From Nannocystis pusilla (lineage in GTDB: Bacteria; Myxococcota_A; Polyangia; Nannocystales; Nannocystaceae), in the NCBI RefSeq assembly GCF_049060185.1, contig NZ_JBMEQO010000002.1: a stretch of DNA of 64,000 nt. The stretch is one strand, 5' to 3'. The notes below the pieces were generated by a model, which was not told where the DNA came from, ran no database searches, and saw only the letters and a program-made list of their open reading frames with translations. A program made the position numbers and the translations under genes. This document shows, one piece after another, positions 44,409 to 56,350 of this stretch (position 1 is the stretch's first letter; each line of letters starts with the position of its first letter).

Positions 44409-45504
44409 GTGCGACGCTCCTCCGCCACCGCCTCGCTGGCCGCGCTCCTCGCCTGCAGCGGCCCGCAAGTGCCCGAGCGGCCGCAGCCGCCCCCGATCTC
44501 GGAGTGCGCCGCGATCCTGGCCACGATCCCCTACGCCGCCACCGCGATGCCCCTGCAGCTCGACCGCGACGGCGCCGTCGAGCTCGACGAGTGGATCGCC
44601 CGCCTGCGCGCCGACCCGCAGGTGCGCGTCGAGCTCGGCGTCCACATGGCCGCGGCCGCGCGCCGGCGCCGACCCGCAGCAGGTCTCCGCGCAGATGCGG
44701 GCCCTCGGCGCCGACCTGCTCGCGCGCGTGCGCGCCGAGATCCGGCCCGCCGCGCGCGTCGGCCTGGTCGTCCACGGCGTCCCGGGCGGTCCTGCCGACG
44801 ATCTGTGGGCCGGCAGCTGGGTCCAGCTGCGGCGCGTCTGCCCGCCCTTCGCCCCCGACCGCGACGCCGACGGCCTCGCCGATGCCGTCGATCGCTGCCG
44901 CGACGATCCCGAGGATCACGACCGCTTCGCCGACGACGACGGCTGCCCCGATCGCGACAACGACGGCGACGGCGTCCTCGACGCCGCGCGCTGGACCGGC
45001 AGCGAGTGGATCAACTGCGACGGCAAGTTAGAGCGCGGCATCCATCGCCGCGACTGCCGCGATCAACCCGAGACCATCAACGGCGAGCAGGACGACGACG
45101 GCTGCCCCGAGGCCTTCGTCGCCGACTGCGGGCGCTTCGTCGTCCGCCTCGCCTACGACCCCGCCACCCGCGAGCTCGATCCCGAGGGCTTCCGCGAGCT
45201 CGACGCCCGGCGCAAGCAGCTCGGCCAGCGCCTCTCCACCCGCGGCGTGTTCGTGCTCGAGGGCCACACCGCCGCCGGCATGCCGCCCGCCGAGGCCCGC
45301 CAGCTCGGCCTCGACATGGCCGACAAGGCGCGCGCCGCCCTGATCGATCGCGGCTTCATCCACCACACCCTCGAGGTGCGCAGCCACGGCGCCGACCAGC
45401 CGATCGCCGACAACGACAGCGAGGAGGGCCGACGCGCCAATCATCGCGTCGAGATCGTCGCCGGCCTCGCCTGCCTCGAACCGTCGAGCCCGCTGTGCCC
45501 GTAA
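44409..45504 (+). CDS. OmpA-family lipoprotein with thrombospondin-type-3-like Asp-rich Ca-binding repeats; 1 frameshift
   Basis: Lipobox …LAALLAC. DxDxDGxxDxxD repeats. OmpA C-terminal motif …EEGRRANHRVEIV…. Confidence 0.7.
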
Positions 45505-45720
45505 GCCCGGGCAGCGCCGCGATCGCCCAAGGGACTCGCCGGGTGCGAACACCGAGGCCCTCGCTCGCCGCTTCTTCATCCACGAAGCGCCGTGCGCCGG
45601 CGCCTCGTCAGCGAGGCCCCAGCCCCGCGCGTGCGCGGCGCCGGGCGACGAATTGCCGGCAAGCGGCTGGCGCCGCGCGGCCCGCCCAGCCAAAATGGCC
45701 GCCACTCGGAGGAAGAACCC

Positions 45721-46422
45721 ATGCTCACCACCCGTTCGAGCCTCGCCCTCGCCGTGATCCTCGCTGCTGCTTGCGGCGGTGAGGCGGCCACCAAGCCCGC
45801 CCCCGTCGAGGCCGCCAAGCCGGCCGCGCCCGCGCCCGCCGACAAGCCCGTCGAGGCCGCCCCGGCCAAGCCCGCCGAGGCGCCCGTCCTCGCCGACAGC
45901 GGCCTCGGGGTCGGCGGCAAGTTCAAGCCGTTCGAGATCGTCAACTGCGACAGCGGCGAGAAGTACTGCCAGGTCTGCAAGTTCGGCGGCAGCCCCAAGA
46001 TCATGGCCGTCGGCACCATCGACGACGAGGCCTTCCGCAACGACATCAAGAACCTCGACGCCCTGGTCCAGAAGTACGGCGAGGACAAGGTCAAGGCGTT
46101 CGCGGTCATCACCGACATCAAGGACGGCAAGGCCACCACCCCGACCGGTGACCGCGCGGCCCTCGAGGCCAAGGTCAAGGCCCTGCGCACCGAGCTCGGC
46201 GTCAACATCCCGCTGGTCGTCCCCGCCGACGAGGGCGGCAAGAACGACGCCTTCGACGGCTGGTACAACATCACCAAGAGCCGCACCGTCATGTTCGCCG
46301 ACGGCCGCAACGCCGTGAAGTACTCCGGCGTCGCCCCGGCCGACCTCTCCGGCCTCAACACCGCCATCCAGGAGGTCCTCGGCGTCCCCGCCGACGCCGC
46401 CGAGCCGCCCAAGGCCGGCTGA
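45721..46422 (+). CDS. Hypothetical lipoprotein (Ala/Pro/Lys-rich linker, thioredoxin-fold-like C-terminal domain possible)
   Basis: Lipobox MLTTRSSLALAVILAAAC. Intact. Confidence 0.55.
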   Translation: MLTTRSSLALAVILAAACGGEAATKPAPVEAAKPAAPAPADKPVEAAPAKPAEAPVLADSGLGVGGKFKPFEIVNCDSGEKYCQVCKFGGSPKIMAVGTIDDEAFRNDIKNLDALVQKYGEDKVKAFAVITDIKDGKATTPTGDRAALEAKVKALRTELGVNIPLVVPADEGGKNDAFDGWYNITKSRTVMFADGRNAVKYSGVAPADLSGLNTAIQEVLGVPADAAEPPKAG

Positions 46423-46443
46423 GCGCCCGTACCTGCTGCCCTG

Positions 46444-46485
46444 AAAGACATGTCGCCCGGGCCATGCCCCTGGCGACATGTCTTT
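46444..46485. repeat. 14-bp-stem hairpin with CATG-centred arms (AAAGACATGTCGCC-N14-GGCGACATGTCTTT)
   Basis: The loop itself carries a CATGCCC half-unit. Lies 22 bp after the lipoprotein stop. Confidence 0.8.
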
Positions 46486-46519
46486 AAAGGCCCCGCACTC
46501 CTTCACGCGCGGCCCCGAG

Positions 46520-46780
46520 CGCGCCGTCCCTCGCGCCGCATCGGTGCTTCGCCCGCGCTCCGCAGCCGTCGCCTCGCTCGATCGCGCCGCCCCACGTCAG
46601 TTCGTCGCCGTCCCTCGGTCGCGCCGCCTTACGTAACTCTTCGCCTCGCTCGCGCCGCCCCAGTCCGTCGCCCGCCCTCGCTTGCGCCGCCCCGGTCGGT
46701 CCGTCGCCCGCCCTCGCTCGCGCCGCCCCAGTCCGTCCGTCGCCCGCCCTCGCTCGCGCCGCCCCACGCCCCATGTCCCT
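46520..46780. repeat. 36–40-bp GC-rich tandem repeat array x7 (GTCGCCCGCCCTCGCTCGCGCCGCCCCAGTCCGTCC)
   Basis: Direct tandem copies. The best three lie at 46657..46770; more diverged copies lie upstream. No unique spacers. Confidence 0.8.
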
Positions 46781-46850
46781 CAGGACATGCCCATCCGGCC
46801 ATGCCCATCCCGACATGTCCGTTCCGACATGTCCTCTCGCCCTCTCGCGA
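46775..46850. repeat. 14-bp tandem repeat x5 (CATGYCCNTYCSGR)
   Basis: CATGTCCCTCAGGA / CATGCCCATCCGGC / CATGCCCATCCCGA / CATGTCCGTTCCGA / CATGTCCTCTCGCC. Confidence 0.85.
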
Positions 46851-46857
46851 GCCAGCC

Positions 46858-47662
46858 TCAGGGCACCAGGTACGGCAGCCCCGGCGGCGGCGTGTAGCCG
46901 GGCAGCTCGCCGAGCGTGAGCACGGCGCGGAGCACCTGCGTCGCGGCGAACATCGCCGCCGGCACCAGCGCGACCACGAACCCGCGGATCGCCGGGATCT
47001 GGTGCGTCCCCGTGAGCGCGTTGCCGGCGACCACGAACGTCAGCAGGGTCAGCGCCCCCAGCCCGCCGAGGTAGACCGGCAGCGTCAGCTGCCCCAGGTA
47101 CAGCGGCAGGTCGAGCAGCGCGACCCCCAGCAGCGCGGGCGCCAGGGCGTAGCCGGTGGCCCGCAGGGTCGCCGCGATCGAGCGCGGCGCCCCGCCGGTC
47201 AGCGCCAGGGCCACGTGGGTGGCGATCCCCAGGCTCGCGTAGAGCAGCGGCACCCCGACCGGCGCCATCAACAGCAGCCACAGCGACAGCGCCTCGACCA
47301 GGCGCGCGTCGAACAGCGGGATCCCCTCCTGGATCGCGGCTGTCGGGCCTGCAAGGCCCAGCGTCACCAGCAGCGCCGCCCACAGCGGCAATCTCACCGT
47401 CAGCAGCAGCCGCAGCGCCGCTGCGTGGTCGACTGGTTCATGGACGTGTTGAAAGCTCCGGCGCGGCCGCAGCAGCAGCGCCGCCAGCGAGCGACGCACC
47501 CGCCAGCCCCAGCCCGGCAGCGCCGCGGCCGACCCGCCTTCGGCCTCGCGCGGCCACTCCACCGGCAGCGCGCTCCACAGCGCGCCCGAGTCGGCCAGCA
47601 GCTCGCGACCCTTCGCTTCCTGGCGGACGCGCGCCGCGCTCGCTGTTCCGGGCTCAGCCATC
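46858..47662 (-). CDS. Yip1-domain family membrane protein
   Basis: Five TM helices in the C-terminal 180 aa. Start tentatively at Met MAEPGT…. Confidence 0.5.
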
Positions 47663-47749
47663 GGCCGCGGAGTGTAGCCGACTCGGGCCGTCCTCGAACT
47701 GGCCTCGGGCACTTCCCGCGGGGCCGGGCTCGCGCGTAAGCTGACGGAC

Positions 47750-48411
47750 ATGTACCGCCCCCTCCTCGCCGCCGTGCTCGTGGTCGCTGCCGTCGGGTGT
47801 CGCAAGCGCGAGGTCGTCGCCGACATGGACTACGACGACCCCAAGGCGGCGATCGCCACCATGGAGAGCGAGGGGCGCGAGTCGTGGGAGATGCCCGACC
47901 GGATCGTCCGCGCCCTCCCGATCCCCGACAAGGGCGCAGTGATCGCCGACATCGGCGCCGGCTCCGGCTACTTCTCGCGCCGGCTGGCTCAGCAGGTCCC
48001 GACCGGCACCGTCTACGCCGTCGACATCGACGACGAGTTCCGCTCCCACATCGAGTCGCAGCGCGAGAGCTGGGGCACCCCAACATCCAGCCGCACCTCG
48101 CCTTCTACGACGACCCGGCGCTGCCCGAGAAGGCCATCGACCTGGTGTTCGTCGCCAACACCTACGCCTATCTGCGCGACCGCGTGCGCTACTTCAAGAA
48201 GGTCCACCAGGCGCTCAAGCCCGGCGGTCGCCTGGCGATCGTCGACTTCCGGCCCGACGCGCAGCCGCCGGAGAAGTTCGCACCTGACCCGAAGTACAGG
48301 CTCTCGCGCGACGCCATCGTCGCCGAGCTCGCCCAGGCCGGCTTCGCCCTCGAGCGCGAGGAGGACTTCCTCCCGCACCAATACTTCCTCATCTTCGCCA
48401 TGAAACCTTGA
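47750..48411 (+). CDS. Class I SAM-dependent methyltransferase with N-terminal lipobox; 1 frameshift
   Basis: SAM-binding motif …VIADIGAGSGYFSRRLA…. Confidence 0.65.
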
Positions 48412-48417
48412 CCATGC

Positions 48418-49210
48418 CCGCGCAGCGTCCGCCCCGTTTCCCCGGCCTCGTCGACACCCACTGCCACCTCGACTACCCGCCGATGATCGACGACCTCGCT
48501 GCCACCTTGCAGCGGGCCGCCGACGCCGGCGTCGTGCAGATGATCCACGTCGGCTGCTCGCGCGCCAGCGCCCGCGGGCCGTCGCCCTGGTCGCCCCGCA
48601 CGCCCACCTGTTCGCCGCCGTCGGCATCCACCCGCACGACGCCAAAGAGGCCGACGAGGTCGCCCTGGCCGAGATCGCCGCCCTCGCGCGCGACGCCAAG
48701 GTCGTCGCCGTCGGCGAGACCGGCCTCGACTACCACTACGACAACAGCACGCCCGAGGCGCAAAAACGCGCCCTGGCCGCCCACCGCGAGATCGCCCGCG
48801 ACCTCGACAAGCCGCTGGTCCTGCACATCCGCGAGGCCCACGCCGACGCCCTCGCCATCCTCGACGACGCCCCGGCCCTCCCGCGCGGCGGCGTCGTCCA
48901 CTGCTTCACCGGCACCCCCGCCGAGGCCGAGCAGTGGCTGGCGCGCGGCTACCTCCTGTCCTTCTCCGGCATCGCCACCTTCCCCCAGGCCGAGGCTCTG
49001 CGCGACGCGGCCCGCCTGTGCCCCGCCGATCGCCTGCTGCTCGAGACCGACGCCCCGTACCTCGCCCCGGTGCCCGTGCGCGGCCGCAAGAACGAGCCCG
49101 CCAACGTCGCCTTCACCTGCGCGCACCTCGCCGGCGTCCGGCGCGAAGATCCGGCCGCCCTGGCCGTGCAGGCCGGGGCCAACGCCCGCGCCTTCTTCCG
49201 CTTGCCTGCC
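48418..49210 (+). CDS. tatD: TatD-family metal-dependent DNase/hydrolase; 2 to 3 frameshifts
   Basis: …LVDTHCHLD…, …VVAVGETGLDYHY…, …LVLHIREAH…, …LLETDAPYLAPVPVRGRKNEPANV…. Confidence 0.7.
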
Positions 49211-49392
49211 CCGCCGGCGCGTGAGGCAAATCCGCCGCCGCCCCGGCCCCGGCGCGCCCGCAGGTTGACGCCCGGCGCGATCGCGGGCACCTTCCCCGTC
49301 CCTGCGGCGCCTCGCTCTTCGCTGATTCCAACGTGAAGGAAGCCGCGCACGCAGTTCCTCATACGGCCCTTCGGGCCTGAGTTCCGAGCCAA

Positions 49393-50064
49393 ATGAACTT
49401 CCAGATCGGTCTCATCGCCAAAAAGCTTGGAATGACGCAGGTGTTCAAGGACGAGGGCGACCGCGTCCCCGTCACCGTCCTGCACGTCACCGGCAACACC
49501 GTCACCGCCCACCGCACCGCCGAGCGCGACACGTACACGGCCCTGCAGGTCGGCTTCGCCGAGAAGAAGGCCAACCGCGCCAGCAAGCCCGAGAAGGGCG
49601 CCGCCGACGCCGCCAAGGTCGGCACCTTCTACGTCCACAAGGAGTTCCGCGTCCCCGCCGCGGCGCTCGCCGCCCACCCGGTCGGCAGCCAGCTCGGCGC
49701 CGACCTGTTCAAGGAGGGCGCCCGCGTCGACGTCACCGGCACCTCCAAGGGCAAAGGCTACCAGGGCGTCATCAAGCGCCACAACATGGAGGGCGAGAAG
49801 AACAGCCACGGCCAGCACGAGTTCTTCCGCCACGGCGGCTCGATCGGCTGCCGCAAGACCCCCGGCCGCGTCCACCGCGGCAAGCGCATGACCGGCCACA
49901 TGGGCCACGAGCGCGTCACCCTGCAGAACCTCGAGATCGTCAAGATCGACGCCGAGCGCGGCCTGATCCTCGTGCGCGGCCCGATCCCCGGCGCCAACAA
50001 CGGCTTCGTGACCATCCGCGCCGCCGTCAAGCCCGCCATCAAGGCCGGCAACAACAAGGGCTGA
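49393..50064 (+). CDS. rplC: 50S ribosomal protein L3 (divergent, located outside an S10 operon)
   Basis: MNFQIGLIAKKLGMTQVF…VPVTVL…, …KGKGYQGVIKRHNMEG…HGQ…, …GKRMTGHMGHERVTLQNLEIVKID…. Confidence 0.8.
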   Translation: MNFQIGLIAKKLGMTQVFKDEGDRVPVTVLHVTGNTVTAHRTAERDTYTALQVGFAEKKANRASKPEKGAADAAKVGTFYVHKEFRVPAAALAAHPVGSQLGADLFKEGARVDVTGTSKGKGYQGVIKRHNMEGEKNSHGQHEFFRHGGSIGCRKTPGRVHRGKRMTGHMGHERVTLQNLEIVKIDAERGLILVRGPIPGANNGFVTIRAAVKPAIKAGNNKG

Positions 50065-50082
50065 GACCCCGGTTCCGAAGGC

Positions 50083-50108
50083 CCTGTCCTTCGAGACATG
50101 TCCTTGGA
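50083..50108. repeat. GGACA/TGTCC units between rplC and rlmE
   Basis: CCTGTCCTTCGAGACATGTCCTTGGA. Confidence 0.6.
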
Positions 50109-50159
50109 GCCACACCGCTCGAGCCGGCCACGCGCCGGCTCGGCTGCTAGCCGCACGTC

Positions 50160-50779
50160 ATGACCCGCCACCGCCTCAGCGACAAGGCCCACCGCAACGA
50201 CGCCGCCTACCTGCGCGCCAAGCAAGAGAACTACGCCGCGCGCGCGGTCTACAAGCTCGAGGAGATCGACAAGCGGTTCCACATCCTGCGCCAGGGCGCG
50301 CGGGTGCTCGACCTCGGCTGCTGGCCCGGCTCGTGGATCCAGTACGCCGGCGACCGCGTGACCGAGACCGGCTACGTCCTCGGCATCGACCTCAAGCCGG
50401 TCGTCCTCAGCTTCCCGGCCCACGTCGAGCACCGCGTCGCCGACGTGTTCGAGTGGACCCCGCGCCCGAGCTGCAGCCGTTCGACGTCGTCCTCAGCGAC
50501 ATGGCCCCGCACACCACCGGCGACCGCCACACCGACGTCGTCCGCAGCGAGGGCCTGGCCGAGCGCGCCCTCGACATCGCCTGCATGGTCCTGCGCCCCG
50601 GCGGCCACTGCGTCGCCAAGGTGTTCCAGGGCGGCGGCTTCGGCGAGCTGCTCAAGCGCTTCCGCGCCACCTTCCAGGAGGCGCGCCCCTACCACGCCAA
50701 GAACTCGCGCACCACCAGCACCGAGCAGTACCTGGTCGGCCGCGGCCTCAAGGCCAACGCCACCGTCCGCCGGCCCTGA
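50160..50779 (+). CDS. rlmE: 23S rRNA (uridine-2'-O)-methyltransferase RlmE (FtsJ); 1 frameshift
   Basis: …RAVYKLEEIDKRFHIL…LDLGCWPGSWIQY…, …VVLSDMAP…GD…. Confidence 0.8.
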
Positions 50780-50789
50780 CGGGGCGCGC

Positions 50790-50858
50790 GGGACATGTCC
50801 TCCGAGACATGTCCCGACGCACCCTGCCGCCGGGACATGTCCTCCGCGACATGCGCCG
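50790..50858. repeat. GGACATGTCC-family repeat cluster (4 units): two GGACATGTCCTCCG-GACATG pairs
   Basis: GGGACATGTCCTCCGAGACATGTCCCGACGCACCCTGCCGCCGGGACATGTCCTCCGCGACATGCGCC. Confidence 0.85.
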
Positions 50859-50870
50859 AACGCCCGTCCG

Positions 50871-51718
50871 TCACAGCCCGGTCGGCAGCGGCCACGACTG
50901 CAGCGCCCCGGCGTTCAGGTACTTCACGGGCGTGAACCACAGCGCCCCGCTCGGGCTGACCGCCACCCGGCCCTTCGCCGGCATGGTCTCGAACGGCTCG
51001 ACCGCGCCGGTGAACGGGTGGACCCGCACCACCTCGAGCGTCGACAGGCTCGCGTACACGTGGCCGTCAAACGCGTCGTGGCGTAGGCCCGTGACGTCCG
51101 CCATCAAGTCGACCACGAACTCGGCCTCGTGGGTGACCACGTTGAAGCGGTACAGCTCGCCCCCGAGCAGCGCCACCAGGTTGTGCACCGGGCTGACCGG
51201 CGCGCTCGCGCTGACCCGGGCGACGAAGGTGAAGATGCACCCGCCCCGGCCGTCGCACGCGCTCCCCGGCCCGCACTCGGCCGCGTCGCACGCCGTGCTC
51301 GGCCCGGCCAGGGTGCAGCCGTCGCCGCCGTCCTTGCACTCGCCGCTGATCACGTCGCACACCTGTCCCGGCCCGCACGCGTCCGGCGAGCCCTGGCAGC
51401 CGCTCACGCACTCGCCCTCGACGCACTGCTGATGCGGCTGCGTGCAGTCCTGGCAGCCCACCGCGCTCGTGGTCGTCGGCGCGGTCGTCCCCGCCGTCGT
51501 CGCTTCGCTGGTCGACTCGCTGTCCGCCCCTGCCGTCGTCGGCGCGGTCGTCCCGCCGTCGTGATCGTCGCAGGCTCCGTCGCAGTGCCCGCCCCGGTCG
51601 CAGTCGTGACCGGGCTGCTCGCCGAACCAGTCGCGCCAGTGTCCCCCGCCCGTCGTCGCCGCAGCCCAGCACCGCCCAGGCCGCCGCCGCCGCCACCCCT
51701 GTCCGAACCCTGTGCATC
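50871..51718 (-). CDS. Cys-rich lipoprotein with beta-propeller-like C-terminal domain; frameshifted
   Basis: Lipobox MHRVRTGVAAAAAWAVLGC. Cys-rich segment (…CTQPHQQCVEGECVSGCQGSPDACGPGQVCD…). Confidence 0.45.
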
Positions 51719-52508
51719 ACCAGCCCGCGATGCTAGCGGGCCCAGCGCGCGGCGCCCGTCGCTTTCGCCGTCGCGCCCGTTGAGCCCACGGCGGCCCGCG
51801 CTTCCGTTTCGCGTAACCCGGAACCCCTGTCCCGGCGTCCGCGACGCCCCGCGAGGCGATCTCCCTGTCCCGAAGACCAGCTCGGCGCGCTGCCGCGCCC
51901 GCCCTTCGCGCCGCTCCACGCGCGTCTCCGCCCCGGCCCCGAAACGGCCCGCGGGCCGCTACAGGGGCCTATCTGCTCTTTCGCGCAGTTTTGCGCCGCG
52001 CGATTTGGTTTGTCTGCCTCTGATCAAGAGTTCAGGGCAGCCTCGGTGATCGCTGGACACTGATTGGGTGTTCAGTACAGATCCGATCCCATGCAACGCC
52101 GTCGCCGACTGCGGATCACCCCCACGCCGGTCCGTGGATACCGTCTCCGGACGACCCAGGTCTGCCGGACGTGGCGCCGCGGCCCGAGCCCGAACCGGAG
52201 CGCGCCCCGCCGGAGCCGAGTGGGCCGGATCTGCCCGCCCCGGTGCCACCGCGCGATCCCCGCGATTACCTCGGGGCGACCGTGGCCGAGCCGCACCTAT
52301 GGGCCGTCATGCGGACCCAGATCGACGCCGATCGCCGGAGGACGGCCGCTTTCGCGGCTGCGCGGCGACCGAACCGACCCCTGTTCGCCCCCGATTCACT
52401 CCTGTGACCGTCCTGTCGCCCGAAAATAAGCCCGCGCCGCTCACATCGGCGCGACTTGCCAGCGCAGCGCCGCCGGGTTACTTCCCGCCGCCGCCCAAAA
52501 CGGCGTCT

Positions 52509-54373
<1,865 letters not shown>

Positions 54374-54401
54374 GCCGACCTCCACCCTCGCCTGCGACGA
54401 A

Positions 54402-54438
54402 GCGCGACCCTCTTCCAAAGAGGGTCGCGCTTTCTTCG
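54402..54438 (+). terminator. Rho-independent terminator of typA
   Basis: GCGCGACCCTCTT-CCA-AAGAGGGTCGCGC gives a 13-bp stem. It is followed by TTTCTTCG, 29 bp after the stop. Confidence 0.7.
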
Positions 54439-54440
54439 CG

Positions 54441-54693
54441 CAGCGAGCGACGACAGTCATCGCAACGCAGCGCAGCGCATGACAGAGTCCTTCCCTCCGG
54501 AAGGCCGTTTTCGGGCTGCGAGCGACGCCCGCAACGCAGCCCAGCGCATGAATCGGCCTTCCGAAGGCCGTTCTTTTGGAGCTGCGAGCGACGCCCGCAA
54601 CGCAGCCCGGCGCATGACTCGGCCCTCTCGAAGGCCGCTTTTTCGAGCTGCGAGCGACGCGACGCAGCGGGGCGCATGACTGGCGTCCCGCGT
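54441..54693. repeat. About 66-bp tandem repeat x3.5, each unit with a small GC hairpin plus T-tract (terminator-like module)
   Basis: Unit: GCTGCGAGCGACGCCCGCAACGCAGCCCRGCGCATGAMTCGGCCYTCYGAAGGCCGYTYTTTTSGA (units at 54441, 54516, 54582, 54648). Confidence 0.8.
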
Positions 54694-54844
54694 CCCGCTG
54701 GCGCTGCGCCCCGCCCGCGAGCGCCTGGCCTCGCCGCTTGTGGCTCCTCGCGTGCCTCGCCGTGCGCCTTCGTCCCTGCCGTTGTATTGTCCATCGCAGA
54801 TGCTCGCTTCGCTCCCGTTCGCGCCGCGCCGTCGCTCGCAAGGC

Positions 54845-56149
54845 ATGGGTCGAAGCCTGGTGGTCCTCCTCGTCCTGCTCGCGGCCTGCCGACGCAGCGC
54901 CGAGACCACTGCTCCTGCCAGCGTCGACGCCCCTCAGGACAAGCCGACGAGCGAGCTGCGGCGGACCTACGACCTCCCGGCCGCCGACGCTCCCTGGACC
55001 GCGCAGGATTATCAAAGAGCCCGCGACGCCTTCGTCCGCCTCGAGCGCGAGCGCCCCGAGCTGCTGCCGCGGCTCGACGGACCAGACGCCGAATGGCTCC
55101 GGCGCCTCGTCGCCCTCGACGGCATCGAAGCCGCCGTCCGGAGCACCGCCGGCCCCGACGAGCTCACCGCCCTGCACCTCGCCCTCGCCGACATCCTGCA
55201 GCTCTACGCCGCCCGGGCGCTCTCGCGCGGCGAATACGGGCACGAGTACCTCGCCGTCGCCGCCGCCTTTTTCAAAGAGTCCGCCCTGCGCGTCGACCGG
55301 CTCGCCGGCGACGACGCCTCTCGCCGCACCTTCGTCGAGGCCCGCTTTCACCTCGCGCGCGGCGTTCACGACGTCCTCGCCAGCGCCCTCTCCCTCCCGG
55401 ACACCATCGATCCCGCCGCCGCGGTCGCCACCCTCGGCCCGCTCCGCGACCTCGTCGCCCCGTGGTTCCTCCCCGAGGAACGCGACCGGATCCTCGACCT
55501 CGCCGATCGCCTCGCCGCCGTCGACGTCCCCGCCACCGAGCTCGCCGCGCTGCGCACCGCCTTCGCCCCCGATCGCGAGCCTCACCCGCGCGTCGACGCC
55601 CTCGCCGAAGAGCTCCGCGAGCACCTCGATCAGCAGGAGGCCGTGCTCGCCGCGGTCGCGGCCGGGGCGCTCCAGCCGGTCGAGGTCGGGCGCGAGGGCT
55701 CGCAGGTCCGCTGGGCCTTCCCCGACGTCGGCTTCTCTGCCGCCTTCCCCCGGCGGCCCAACGCGCAGCGCCAGAGCTTCACCACCGCCGACGGCGTGGC
55801 CATGACCACCCGCATGCTCGCGCTCAAGCAGCCCGGCGACGTCTCGCGGCTCGTCACCTGCAGCGCGCGCGCCAGGCCGATCGCCGGGCGCACGCCCGCC
55901 GACGAGCTGCGCGGCATCGCCGACACCATGCACCTCCAGGGCGTGCGTGCGATCGACGTCGACGGCACCGCCGGCCTCGAGGGCACGCTCACCACCGACA
56001 AGGCCCACGGCCTCGTCCGCGTCGTCACCGTCGCCGACGCCACCTGCGTGATCGTCGGCGAGGTCCCGCGAGCGCAGGCCCGCGAGCACGCCGACGAGCT
56101 GCGCCGCTTCGTCGATTCGTTCCGCCCGGGCTCCGCCAGCGGCCGCTGA
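54845..56149 (+). CDS. Hypothetical lipoprotein (alpha-helical N-domain, alpha/beta C-domain)
   Basis: Lipobox MGRSLVVLLVLLAAC. Intact 434-aa ORF. Confidence 0.55.
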   Translation: MGRSLVVLLVLLAACRRSAETTAPASVDAPQDKPTSELRRTYDLPAADAPWTAQDYQRARDAFVRLERERPELLPRLDGPDAEWLRRLVALDGIEAAVRSTAGPDELTALHLALADILQLYAARALSRGEYGHEYLAVAAAFFKESALRVDRLAGDDASRRTFVEARFHLARGVHDVLASALSLPDTIDPAAAVATLGPLRDLVAPWFLPEERDRILDLADRLAAVDVPATELAALRTAFAPDREPHPRVDALAEELREHLDQQEAVLAAVAAGALQPVEVGREGSQVRWAFPDVGFSAAFPRRPNAQRQSFTTADGVAMTTRMLALKQPGDVSRLVTCSARARPIAGRTPADELRGIADTMHLQGVRAIDVDGTAGLEGTLTTDKAHGLVRVVTVADATCVIVGEVPRAQAREHADELRRFVDSFRPGSASGR

Positions 56150-56182
56150 CCGGCCCGCCCCGCCGCTCGATCGTGGCCTCGA

Positions 56183-56232
56183 AGACATGCCCTCTCAAGC
56201 ATGTCCGAAAGACCATGTTCGATAGGACATAC
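56183..56232. repeat. GGACATGTCC-family repeat cluster (4 units)
   Basis: AAGACATGCCCTCTCAAGCATGTCCGAAAGACCATGTTCGATAGGACATACC. Confidence 0.7.
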
Positions 56233-56350
56233 CGGCCGTCGCCGCAACACATCCATGTCCTCGTTCTGCTCGCACCGCCGTCCGAGCGCGGACGCCTGCG
56301 CGTGGTGTCCTCAGGACTTCGCGCCATTCGCGCATGGCTCACATTTAATT

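Noticed and set aside
46520-46780. Second 36–40-bp tandem array considered as CRISPR, or as the repeat protein of ORF 46450..47739 (SVRRPPSLAPP repeats)
   Set aside because: It is the same spacer-less tandem architecture. The 429-aa ORF is an Arg/Pro-rich GC artefact spanning the repeat island and has no start context, so it is not a plausible protein.
54479-54679. ORF MTESFPPEGRF…, repeated peptide, in the 66-bp repeat array after typA
   Set aside because: Its periodicity comes from the DNA tandem repeat. Each unit holds a terminator-like hairpin and T-tract. There is no RBS or coding signature.
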